DNA from: Chloroflexota bacterium
GTDB taxonomy: Bacteria; Chloroflexota; Anaerolineae; Anaerolineales; UBA11579
Length of the DNA stretch: 64,000 nucleotides
Direction: 5' to 3'
NCBI GenBank assembly: GCA_023485685.1
Contig: JAMCZK010000013.1
Location: 442 to 64,441 of the forward strand
Made by a program: the position numbers and the translations under genes. How positions within the stretch are numbered: the stretch's first letter is position 1; each line of letters opens with the position of its first letter. Shown piece by piece: positions 9,809 through 18,697 of this stretch. The notes beneath the pieces were generated by a model that was not told the DNA's origin, did not search any database, and saw only the letters and a list, made by a program, of their open reading frames with translations.

Positions 9809-10753
9809 ATGACTACCAAACGCGTCGCTGTTGTTGCCGTGGGGGGCAACGCACTCATAAAAGAAAAGGGAAAGCAGTCGGTCCCCGACCAATTTGCCGC
9901 TGCCAGCGAAACGATGGGATACATCGCCGGCATGATTGTAGAAGGTTGGGATGTGGTCGTCACACACGGGAACGGGCCGCAGGTGGGTTTTATCCTGCGC
10001 CGTTCCGAGTTGTCATCCCATGAATTGCACCCGGTGCCGCTGGACTATTGTGGCGCGGATACCCAAGGGGCGATCGGTTACATGTTCCAGCAATCGCTGC
10101 GCAACGAGTTCAAGAAACGCGGCATGAAAAAACATGCAGTAACGGTGGTGACTCAATGTCTGGTGGATAAGAACGATGATGCCTTCAAGAATCCCACGAA
10201 ACCAATCGGCTCGTTCTTGGATGAAAGCACCGCCAAAGCACGTATGGCTGAAGGGAAACATGTCATGGAAGATGCCGGGCGCGGCTGGCGCGAGGTGGTC
10301 GCCTCACCGATACCACAAGAGATCATCGAAGCCCCCGCCATCAAAAAGCTTATCGAGCATGACTTTACGGTGATCGGAGTGGGTGGGGGAGGCATCCCGG
10401 TTATCGAAGATGATGCTGGGGATTTGGTCGGTACGGCGGCCGTAATCGATAAGGATTTCGCCTCCAGCTTGCTGGCGCGCGAAATTAAGGCGGACCTGCT
10501 GCTGATCTCGACTGCGGTAGAGAAGGTTGCTATCAATTTCAACAAACCCAACCAGAAAAATTTGGATCGGATGACAATTGCTGAGGCCGAGCAATACATC
10601 AAGGAGGGCCACTTTGCCAAAGGCAGCATGCTGCCCAAGGTGCAGGCGGCGATCCTGTTTTTGATGGCTGGCGGAAAACAAGCGTTGATCACCGATCCGC
10701 CGAATATCACCAACGCCTTGAATGGGAAGACTGGAACCTGGATCGTTCCTTAG
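9809..10753 (+). CDS. arcC: Carbamate kinase
   Basis: 314 aa. Motifs VVAVGGNAL, VVTHGNGPQVG and GVGGGGIPV, with overall carbamate-kinase length. Confidence 0.93.
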   Translation: MTTKRVAVVAVGGNALIKEKGKQSVPDQFAAASETMGYIAGMIVEGWDVVVTHGNGPQVGFILRRSELSSHELHPVPLDYCGADTQGAIGYMFQQSLRNEFKKRGMKKHAVTVVTQCLVDKNDDAFKNPTKPIGSFLDESTAKARMAEGKHVMEDAGRGWREVVASPIPQEIIEAPAIKKLIEHDFTVIGVGGGGIPVIEDDAGDLVGTAAVIDKDFASSLLAREIKADLLLISTAVEKVAINFNKPNQKNLDRMTIAEAEQYIKEGHFAKGSMLPKVQAAILFLMAGGKQALITDPPNITNALNGKTGTWIVP

Positions 10754-10837
10754 GATAAAACTTTGGCGAAGGTTGGACTTGCATAAGTCTGGCATCAAAT
10801 TCAAACCTTCGCAAGGTTGGAAGGGATTAGGAGAAAA

Positions 10838-12088
10838 GTGAGCAAGTTCCCGGGATACAAGTGTAGTCAGTGTGGTCAGGAATTCAAACCTGACGAAGTC
10901 ACCTACCTGTGCCCCAATGATGGCGGTGTGCTGGACGTCTTGCTTGACATCGACGTGATCAAGAGGACCACTGGACCTCGTGACATCCAGGCTTCATCCG
11001 ACTTCTCCATTTGGCGTTACTTGCCCTTGTTGCCCGTGGGAGATCCCGGGCATACAGGTACACCTTTGCGTTCAGCTGGCTGGACGCCCGTGTATTCCCC
11101 GCCGGCATTAGCTCGGTCTTTAAACATGGGCCAGCTTTGGATCAAAGATGAAAGCAGCAATCCGACCGCTTCTTTCAAAGATCGCGCCAGCGCCTTGCTG
11201 ATTGCCCGCGCCCAGGAGATCGGCGCCAAGGTGATCGTGACGGCCTCCACAGGTAACGCCGGCGCCGCCCTGGCCGGCATGGCGGCTGCCGCCAGCGCCC
11301 GTGCGGTGATCTTCGCTCCCAAGACCGCCCCGCCTGCCAAGGTGGCTCAATTGCTCATCTTTGGCGCCAGCGTCTTCTTGGTGGACGGGAGTTACGGTGA
11401 CGCCGTGGAACTTTCGCGGCAGGCCGCTGATGAATTCGGCTGGTACTGCCGCAACACCGGCTATAACCCGTTCACGGCAGAGGGAAAGAAAACAGCTGCT
11501 CTGGAAATTTGGGAGCAGGTTATAGCCACACAGAAGCTAGATATCCCACTGTCAGTATTTGTTTCCGTGGGAGATGGCAATATCATTTCTGGGATTCATA
11601 AGGGGTTCAAAGACCTACTCGCCTTGGGCTGGATCGAAAAAGTTCCACGCATTTTTGGAGTGCAAGCCGAGGGTTCGGCCGCCATTGCCAATGCCTTCGA
11701 AGCTGGGAAAGAAAAGATTGAGGCGGTGCAAGCTAAGACGATCGCCGACAGCATTTCTGTGGATTTGCCCAGCGATGGGTTGCGTGCGTTGAGGGCTGCC
11801 ACCCACACTGGCGGGGCTTATATCAAAGTCAGCGACGAGTCGATTTTGAAAGCTATTGCCGACCTGGGTCGTTCTGGGATCTTTGCGGAACCTGCCGGAG
11901 CAGCCGCCTTTGCCGGCCTGCGCAAAGCCCTCGAATCGGGTTTAATCGCATCGGGAGATCCCGTTTTGGTGATTAACACGGGCAGTGGTTTGAAAGACGT
12001 GTCCGCAGCGCGCAAAGCAGCCGGGGAAGCGCCCGTTATCGAGCCCACGTTAGCAGCGCTGAAACGCGTTCTTGAGGTGCAGCATTGA
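10838..12088 (+). CDS. Threonine-synthase-family PLP enzyme with an N-terminal zinc ribbon
   Basis: Zinc ribbon CSQCG...CPNDGG, PLP-lysine motif TASFKDRAS, and glycine loops STGNAGAA and GDGN. GTG 10838 follows GGAGAA; the track TTG 10817 is an alternative start. Confidence 0.78.
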   Translation: MSKFPGYKCSQCGQEFKPDEVTYLCPNDGGVLDVLLDIDVIKRTTGPRDIQASSDFSIWRYLPLLPVGDPGHTGTPLRSAGWTPVYSPPALARSLNMGQLWIKDESSNPTASFKDRASALLIARAQEIGAKVIVTASTGNAGAALAGMAAAASARAVIFAPKTAPPAKVAQLLIFGASVFLVDGSYGDAVELSRQAADEFGWYCRNTGYNPFTAEGKKTAALEIWEQVIATQKLDIPLSVFVSVGDGNIISGIHKGFKDLLALGWIEKVPRIFGVQAEGSAAIANAFEAGKEKIEAVQAKTIADSISVDLPSDGLRALRAATHTGGAYIKVSDESILKAIADLGRSGIFAEPAGAAAFAGLRKALESGLIASGDPVLVINTGSGLKDVSAARKAAGEAPVIEPTLAALKRVLEVQH

Positions 12089-13035
12089 GCAAGCCCCCGG
12101 TTTATTCTGTTGTGGCCCCGGTGTACAACGAAGCCGAAACCATACCAGAATTCATCGCCCGCACTACAGCGGTGATGAAAAAGATGGGAGAACCCTGGGA
12201 GCTGGTCATCGTAGATGATGGTTCCAAGGACCGCACCAGCAAAATCATCCAGCAGCATGCGGCCAAAGACAAGCACATCCACCCTTTGCTGTTCGCGCGC
12301 AATTTTGGACACCAGATCGCGGTGACCGCGGGGATGGATCATGCCCTAGGGCAAGCGGTGATCTTGATCGACGGCGATCTGCAGGATCCCCCCGAAGTGA
12401 TTCCGGAGTTGATCGCCAACTGGCGCGACGGTTATGAAGTGGTGTACGCCGTACGCCGCCAGCGTAAAGGGGAATCCTTCTTCAAACGCTTCACTGCATC
12501 TGCTTTCTATCGGCTGATCAATCGCATTACCGAGATCGACATCCCCCTGGATGCCGGTGATTTCCGTTTGATGGATCGCCGCGTGGTGGACGTGCTCAAC
12601 CAGATGCGAGAGCATCACCGCTTTTTGCGGGGTATGTCTGCCTGGGTGGGTTTCCGCCAAGTCGGTGTTCCTTATGATCGCGCGGCGCGCTTTGCAGGCG
12701 AGACGCATTACACATTAGGGCGCATGATTCGGCTGGCGCTCACCGCCATCACCGGCTTCTCATTCTTTCCACTGCAACTAGCGACTTATCTTGGTTTTAT
12801 TTCCGCAGGAATTGCTTTGCTCGCAATCCCCGTTGTGGTTTATTTACGTTTGGTGGGCAGTGCCGCATTTTTCGGACAGGCGACCACACTGATCGCCGTA
12901 TTGTTCTTTGGCGGCGCACAACTGATCTCCCTTGGCATTTTGGGCGAATATATCGGCCGTCTATACGATGAGGCGCGCGGCCGCCCGCTTTACATCTTGC
13001 GCCAACCCCCTGAAGAACCTAAGAAAGGAAAATAG
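12085..13035 (+). CDS. GT2 polyprenyl-phosphate glycosyltransferase (DPM1/ArnC-like) with two C-terminal TM helices
   Basis: YSVVAPVYNEAETI, VIVDDGSKDRT and DGDLQDPPE (DxD). The TTG start overlaps the stop of the upstream gene (12085-12088). Confidence 0.85.
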   Translation: MSKPPVYSVVAPVYNEAETIPEFIARTTAVMKKMGEPWELVIVDDGSKDRTSKIIQQHAAKDKHIHPLLFARNFGHQIAVTAGMDHALGQAVILIDGDLQDPPEVIPELIANWRDGYEVVYAVRRQRKGESFFKRFTASAFYRLINRITEIDIPLDAGDFRLMDRRVVDVLNQMREHHRFLRGMSAWVGFRQVGVPYDRAARFAGETHYTLGRMIRLALTAITGFSFFPLQLATYLGFISAGIALLAIPVVVYLRLVGSAAFFGQATTLIAVLFFGGAQLISLGILGEYIGRLYDEARGRPLYILRQPPEEPKKGK

Positions 13036-13039
13036 TTGC

Positions 13040-14500
13040 ATGATCGATTTAACCATGATGGAGGAGCGACTCAAGCATGGCGTTGAGCGCGCTCGGCAGC
13101 AAAACATTGTCATCCCAACATATGCCCAACAAAAAGACCCGACGAAAGCCCCCGGCAAGATCAAGGCCGATCTCAAGAACATCGGCTTGTGGGATATCGC
13201 CTCACAGAACTTATTCAGAATTACATGGAAAAATGAGCCGAAAGCCAAAGGTGGCAGTTACGGCGGAGTGAACTACATCGAGTTCCCTTCCAGCCTGACC
13301 GGCGTCCCTGCGCGCATCATCGCCTTAGTAGGCAAATGGTTCCCCACCGGCGCACACAAAGTAGGTGCCGCCTTCAGCTGCCTGGTGCCGCGACTGGTTA
13401 CTGGCCAGTTCGATCCCACTACCCAGAAAGCCGTATGGCCTTCCACCGGCAACTATTGCCGCGGCGGAGCGTATGATTCGGCATTGCTGGCTTGCGAATC
13501 TATTGCCATTTTGCCGGAAGGGATGAGCAAGGAACGTTTTGAGTGGTTGGAAAAAATTGCCGGTGAGACGATCAAAACCCCCGGCAGCGAATCGAACGTG
13601 AAAGAGATCTTCGACAAATGCAAGGAACTGCGTGCTTCCGGCCAGGACTTGATGATCTTCAACCAATTCGAAGAATTCGGCAATTACCTTTGGCACTATG
13701 AGGTAACCGGCCATGCGATGGAAGAGGTTCTGGAGAAGGAACTGGGTAAGGGGACCTATCGCGGCCTGGCTTCGTCTACCGGCTCGGCTGGCACCATCGC
13801 CTGCGGCGATTACATGAAGCAAGTTTTCCCCGCCAGCAAAGTGGCTGCCAGCGAAGCCCTGCAATGCCCCACCTTGCTCGAGAACGGCTTTGGCGCACAT
13901 CGCATCGAGGGCATCGGCGACAAACATGTTCCCTGGATCCACAACCTGAAGAGCACCGATATGGTGGTCGCCATCGACGACAATGCCGTAGTCAATCTGG
14001 CGAGGCTTTTCAATGAGCCAGCCGGGCGCAAGCACTTGGTTAAGAGCGGTGTGCCCGAGGCAATAGTAAACCAACTTGACCTGCTGGGTTTCTCCGGCAT
14101 CAGCAACGTACTCTCCTGCATCAAGATGGCAAAGTATTACGACCTGGGCCCAGACGATGTCTTGCTCACCGTTTTGACCGATTCGATGGAGTTGTATGGC
14201 AGCCGGCTAAAGGAAATGCACGCTGAGGTCGGCGAATATACGGAACTCAATGCCGCAGCCGACCAGGCGCGCTACCTGCTCGGCGAGCGCACCGACAATC
14301 TGTTGGAGTTATCCGAACAAGACCGCCGCCGCATCCACAACCTGAAATACTTTACCTGGGTGGAGCAGCAGGGGAAAACCTACGAAGAGATCCTGGCTCA
14401 GTGGCACGATCCGGATTATTGGACCGGCGTCCAACGCCAGGCGCCTGAAATCGATGCGCTGATCGAGCAGTTCAATGCGCGGGTTGGCCTGCTGAACTAA
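13040..14500 (+). CDS. PLP-dependent enzyme of the tryptophan-synthase-beta / cysteine-synthase fold (PALP family), function unknown
   Basis: Candidate PLP lysine in FPTGAHKVGAA, a STGNYCRGGA loop and STGSAGT. ATG 13040 is preferred; the track start at 12932 would overlap the GT2 gene by 100 nt. Confidence 0.7.
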   Translation: MIDLTMMEERLKHGVERARQQNIVIPTYAQQKDPTKAPGKIKADLKNIGLWDIASQNLFRITWKNEPKAKGGSYGGVNYIEFPSSLTGVPARIIALVGKWFPTGAHKVGAAFSCLVPRLVTGQFDPTTQKAVWPSTGNYCRGGAYDSALLACESIAILPEGMSKERFEWLEKIAGETIKTPGSESNVKEIFDKCKELRASGQDLMIFNQFEEFGNYLWHYEVTGHAMEEVLEKELGKGTYRGLASSTGSAGTIACGDYMKQVFPASKVAASEALQCPTLLENGFGAHRIEGIGDKHVPWIHNLKSTDMVVAIDDNAVVNLARLFNEPAGRKHLVKSGVPEAIVNQLDLLGFSGISNVLSCIKMAKYYDLGPDDVLLTVLTDSMELYGSRLKEMHAEVGEYTELNAAADQARYLLGERTDNLLELSEQDRRRIHNLKYFTWVEQQGKTYEEILAQWHDPDYWTGVQRQAPEIDALIEQFNARVGLLN

Positions 14501-14520
14501 GCACCCCGCTCGTGTACAAT

Positions 14521-14553
14521 AAGCAGGAAGGTTAAAAGCCTTCCTGCTTTTTT
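14521..14553 (+). terminator. Rho-independent terminator closing the 6.9-14.5 kb operon
   Basis: aagcaggaagg-ttaaaag-ccttcctgctt, an 11-bp stem running into a T6 tract. Confidence 0.75.
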
Positions 14554-14560
14554 ATTTCCC

Positions 14561-15142
14561 ATGGTTGACCTGTCTTCACCGAACGATCTGGTTTTAGTGG
14601 CCTTCTTGCCATCACCCAAGGACTTGGAGATCGCTCGCGTTTTGGGTTGGTACCGCATCCCCCTCCGCAGCGCGCCCCGTGTCGTGGCGGTGGATAGGCT
14701 GGCTTTCTACCAGCCGGCAACATTTGGTGACGAACACAAGTGGCGTATCGAATTCGTGGCTCCGGTTACTGGCCATGAATTAACCACACGGGGCCAGCTA
14801 TTCAAGGAGAATTTCGACCATCCGCGGGCAAGGGAAGAGTATTTCAAGCTGCAACTGGGGCCTCTTCAGGCGCTGCCCCAACCGATTCCTGCGGGAGATT
14901 GGAAACGCATCACCTTTTTGTATACAACTGGCGAGCGACTGCTAAGCGCAAAAACAATCGACGACCTTAGCGTGCACGATGAGGAACGCCAGGTGCTGTG
15001 GAAGGCCTTGCGCGAACGCGCCGAAAAAGAGCAGCAATACGGCGCGGATCATCTGCCCGAGTTTCCCTGGGACCCGGAATTGCTGGCATTTTTTGGCATG
15101 CGGGGTTCCGGCGCCCTTTACTTTGGTGACAATACCGAATAG
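14561..15142 (+). CDS. Hypothetical cytoplasmic protein
   Basis: 193-aa ORF with protein-like composition, placed 2 nt before the hydantoinase start. No family recognised. Confidence 0.55.
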   Translation: MVDLSSPNDLVLVAFLPSPKDLEIARVLGWYRIPLRSAPRVVAVDRLAFYQPATFGDEHKWRIEFVAPVTGHELTTRGQLFKENFDHPRAREEYFKLQLGPLQALPQPIPAGDWKRITFLYTTGERLLSAKTIDDLSVHDEERQVLWKALRERAEKEQQYGADHLPEFPWDPELLAFFGMRGSGALYFGDNTE

Positions 15143-15144
15143 CC

Positions 15145-16560
15145 ATGCTGCTCATCAAATCCGGAACCCTGGTAACCCATGAAGGCAGTTTTCGCGCCGA
15201 TCTCTTGATTGACGGGGAACAGATCAGCAAAGTCGGCGCGAGTGTCGACGCCCGGGGCGCTGAAGTGGTGGACGCCAGCGGAAAACTGGTGCTGCCCGGC
15301 GGCGTGGATCCTCATACCCACTTTGATCTAGAGATGTTTAACACCGTGTCCTCCGACGATCATTACACGGGCCACAAGGCTGCCGCCTTTGGCGGCACCA
15401 CTACGGTTTTGGATTTCGTTCCTCAACCAGATAAAGGTTCCCTGAGGTCTGGGGTGGACGCCTGGCATGCGAAAGCGGACCCCAAGGCCGCAGTGGATTG
15501 GGGCTTCCACATGAACATCACACGCCTGGAGGAAAGCGTATTAACTGAAATCCCTGCGTTGCTAGATTTGGGCATCAACACGCTCAAAGTGTTTATGGCA
15601 TATAACGGCCGGTTGCGACTGTCGGATGGAGAAATCTTCCAAGTGATGCAATTGGCGCGGGAGCATGGCATGCTCACCATGCTTCATGCAGAAAATGGCG
15701 ACGTGATCGATCTGCTGGTGGCTCAAGCGTTGACGGCCGGGCATCTTTCCCCGGAATGGCATGCGCGCACGCGCCCAGCCTGGGGCGGCGTGGAAGCTGT
15801 TTTGCGCGCGTGTGCCTTGGCGGCGCAATCCGACGCACGCCTCTACATTGTGCACATGAACAGCGCCGGAGAGCTGGATCAGCTCAATTATGCGCGCCAA
15901 CGGGGCGTGCAGGTGATGGGGGAGACCTGCCCCCAATACCTTTTCTTTAGTGAAGAAGATCTTGCCTGCCCAGATGGCGCCAAATGGATTTGTTCACCGC
16001 CCATGCGCACCAAGGCGGATAACGCCGCCTTGTGGACCGGCCTCTCCACCGATCAATTCCAAACTATCGGCACAGACCATTGCCCCTTTTTCTTCGATGG
16101 AACGCAGCCTATCGAATATGAGGGTAAACCCGTTGCCATTCCAGGCAAGGAACTTGGCGCCGGGAACTTCACCCAGATTCCCAATGGGCTCCCCATGGTT
16201 GGAGACCGCTTGCCGATCCTGTGGACTTATGGCGTGGGCGCCGGCAAACTGACCCCGAAACAATTCGTGGCGCTTACCAGCACCAATCCCGCAAAAATCT
16301 TCGGCTTGTACCCGCGCAAAGGCGCTTTGCAACCGGGCTCTGATGCGGATATCGTCATTTGGGATCCTAACCGGGAAATAACGTACGGACGCCTCCACAA
16401 CCATCACCGTACGGATTACAACCTGTTCGAAGACTGGAAATTGAAAGGTTTCCCGGAGAAAGTGTTTTTGCGCGGACATCTCATCGTCGATGGTGACCGC
16501 TGGCTGGGCAAGGCCGGCATGGGTAATTATTTGCCTCGCGGCGAAGTGCAATTTATTTAG
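15145..16560 (+). CDS. D-hydantoinase / dihydropyrimidinase
   Basis: 471 aa. Motifs LPGGVDPHTHF and GGTTTVLDF, a carboxylated-Lys region TLKVFMAY, then MLHAENGD, IVHMN and GTDHCPF. Confidence 0.9.
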   Translation: MLLIKSGTLVTHEGSFRADLLIDGEQISKVGASVDARGAEVVDASGKLVLPGGVDPHTHFDLEMFNTVSSDDHYTGHKAAAFGGTTTVLDFVPQPDKGSLRSGVDAWHAKADPKAAVDWGFHMNITRLEESVLTEIPALLDLGINTLKVFMAYNGRLRLSDGEIFQVMQLAREHGMLTMLHAENGDVIDLLVAQALTAGHLSPEWHARTRPAWGGVEAVLRACALAAQSDARLYIVHMNSAGELDQLNYARQRGVQVMGETCPQYLFFSEEDLACPDGAKWICSPPMRTKADNAALWTGLSTDQFQTIGTDHCPFFFDGTQPIEYEGKPVAIPGKELGAGNFTQIPNGLPMVGDRLPILWTYGVGAGKLTPKQFVALTSTNPAKIFGLYPRKGALQPGSDADIVIWDPNREITYGRLHNHHRTDYNLFEDWKLKGFPEKVFLRGHLIVDGDRWLGKAGMGNYLPRGEVQFI

Positions 16561-16563
16561 CCG

Positions 16564-18096
16564 ATGTTGCTTTTTCTTCCCTTAATTATTTTTGGGGCCA
16601 CGTTAGTGGCCTTGCTGGCCGGCAATCTATTTCAACGCAACTTCCGTTCGAGTTGGCTGCTCAGTGTGAGCGGCGCCGCGCTTTCCTTCCTTGCCTTGCT
16701 TTTCCTTAGATTGCGCCTTCCGTTATCTTTAAGCTTCTCAGCCTGGTGGGCAGGCGAAGGCTTGTTTTCCTCGTCCAGTTTCCTGCTGGATGGCGTAGCC
16801 TGGCTATTTGCCTATATTCTGAGCGGGCTGGTATTGGCTTTTTTCCTGATCCAGGTCCACGAGGCCGTCAGCCAGCAGTGGCTCACTTGGGCATCTAGCC
16901 TTGCCCTGGCGGCGGCCAGCCTGTTAGCTGTCTTCTCGGGTGATTTGCTCACCTGGGCATTTTTCTGGGTCCTGGTCGACGCCATGGCAACTCTCAGCGT
17001 GTTCAGGCAATTCACGAAACCAGAAGAGCGCATTGCCGCGCTTGCCTTTCTCCCGGCGAACATCTCTGCCACTTTCCTCTTGCTGGCTGCCTGGATTCTT
17101 TCTGCCCCGCCAGGCCAAGTCGCCAATCTCCTAGTATTGTTGAGCGCGGCTTTACGCTTGGGAATATTTGCGCTTCGCCATAGTGGCTCAGGAATCACTA
17201 AGGGTTCCAATCCATCCTTCTCCTTGCGCCTTATTTCAATAACCTCGGTTCTGGTTTTGTTGGCTCGTCCCTTGGCAATAGAAGGGTTTGCGTTGATCGC
17301 CGTGCTGGTCCTCCTTTTGCTCCCTGGGCTGAACAGCGCGGTTCGATTTCTGCAGCCCAAGCAAGGAATGGAAACTACCGGATACTTCGAATATGGATTT
17401 GCTACGCTGGTTTTAGCAGCGGCCAGCTTGGGCCGGCCCACTGCAGCCGTCGCTTTTGGTCTGGCGCTGATGGTCGGCAGGAGTTTATTGCTGCTGGTTC
17501 AAAATGCCGGGCGGTTTCGCTGGCCCGTGATCATCTTGTCTGCATTTTTGCTGAGCAGCTTGCCTTTTAGCCCGACAATTTCTGCTAATGAATTCTACGG
17601 ATCTTCATCGATTGCATTTGCTTTCTTCCCTATCCACGCGACGCTGTTGGCCGGATGGCTGCGCCATGCCAGGGCCCAGGCGCCGGAGGAGGCGCTTGCT
17701 GAACCCTGGATGCGTACGATGAGGATGCTTGGTTTGGTCCTACTGCCGGTGACCGTCCTCCTTTTTGGCTTTGGCCTGGCTCCTTCGTTTTCTACGGAGG
17801 CAACTGATTTTTCCTTCTGGCCTGCGATCGTTGTGCTGATCATTGCTGCGCTGTTTTTCATTGCGAGCGAAAAAACCCGTCCTCCGCAAGTTGTCCCACC
17901 AATATACGCAAGTGCGATAGCCACAATCTTCTCCTTGCGCTGGCTGGAAGCCTCGTTCGTTTGGACGCTCAGGGCGCTTGCCTGGTTATTGAATGTGGTT
18001 AGCCGGGTTCTTGAAGGCCAGGCGGGTGTCCTGTGGGCTTTACTGGTGATCGCTCTTTTGCTGTCGCTGGCTTCTCAATTCGCCCTGGCTGGTTAG
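16564..18096 (+). CDS. Polytopic membrane protein, degenerate NuoL/M/N-MrpA/D antiporter-like
   Basis: 510 aa with about 14 predicted hydrophobic spans. The N-terminal pattern LLDGVAWLF...FSGDLLTWAFFWVLVD resembles the antiporter-subunit TM3-5 region, but the conserved WE glutamate is absent. Starts 3 nt after the hydantoinase stop. Confidence 0.5.
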   Translation: MLLFLPLIIFGATLVALLAGNLFQRNFRSSWLLSVSGAALSFLALLFLRLRLPLSLSFSAWWAGEGLFSSSSFLLDGVAWLFAYILSGLVLAFFLIQVHEAVSQQWLTWASSLALAAASLLAVFSGDLLTWAFFWVLVDAMATLSVFRQFTKPEERIAALAFLPANISATFLLLAAWILSAPPGQVANLLVLLSAALRLGIFALRHSGSGITKGSNPSFSLRLISITSVLVLLARPLAIEGFALIAVLVLLLLPGLNSAVRFLQPKQGMETTGYFEYGFATLVLAAASLGRPTAAVAFGLALMVGRSLLLLVQNAGRFRWPVIILSAFLLSSLPFSPTISANEFYGSSSIAFAFFPIHATLLAGWLRHARAQAPEEALAEPWMRTMRMLGLVLLPVTVLLFGFGLAPSFSTEATDFSFWPAIVVLIIAALFFIASEKTRPPQVVPPIYASAIATIFSLRWLEASFVWTLRALAWLLNVVSRVLEGQAGVLWALLVIALLLSLASQFALAG

Positions 18097-18100
18097 TGAT

Positions 18101-18697
18101 ATGGAAAACGGCTTACTCGGTTTTATTGTTTTGCTTTTTTTACTTGGAACTTCGTTAACTTTACTGACCCATCAAGACTGGCGCTGGGTGCTGGCAGCGC
18201 TTGGATTGCAATATTTCTTCGCTTTCCTGCTCATACTACCGTCCTGGCCGTTGGAATTGGCCGCCGTGAAACTTGTCTCTGGTTGGATGTCAGGCGCCGT
18301 TCTTGGGTTGACTCGCCTGAACATAATAAAAGCTCCCAGTGATGCGGAACAGCGACTGCCGACTAGTCCTGCATTTCAAGTCTTATCGGCAGCCCTGGTC
18401 ATCTTAGTGGTCATCGGCGCAGCCCCGGGGTTGGCGGACTGGACTCGGCAACTTAATTTGAACCAGGCCTGGGGAGGGTTGCTGCTCATGGGTATCGGTT
18501 TGCTTCAGGTGGGCCTGAGAGGCAGCAGTTTCCGCAACATCATTGGCTTGTTGAGCTTGTTGTGCGGGTTCGAAATCCTGTATGCAGCCGTTGAAGCTTC
18601 GTTGCTTGTTGCCGCGTTGCTGGGGATCCTGAACCTTGGTATTGCATTCGTTGGCTCGTACTTACTGCTTTCCCCTGGGCTGGATCCCCTGGAATGA
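18101..18697 (+). CDS. Integral membrane protein (about 6 TM), unknown family
   Basis: 198-aa hydrophobic ORF between the two antiporter-like genes. Its stop overlaps the next start (ATGA at 18694-18697). Confidence 0.5.
   Translation: MENGLLGFIVLLFLLGTSLTLLTHQDWRWVLAALGLQYFFAFLLILPSWPLELAAVKLVSGWMSGAVLGLTRLNIIKAPSDAEQRLPTSPAFQVLSAALVILVVIGAAPGLADWTRQLNLNQAWGGLLLMGIGLLQVGLRGSSFRNIIGLLSLLCGFEILYAAVEASLLVAALLGILNLGIAFVGSYLLLSPGLDPLE

Noticed and set aside
12932-13039. Upstream start for the PALP-fold gene, overlapping the GT2 gene by about 100 nt
   Set aside because: The extension is in a different frame from GT2, has no RBS and adds non-conserved-looking sequence. ATG 13040, just after the GT2 stop, gives a sensible N-terminus.
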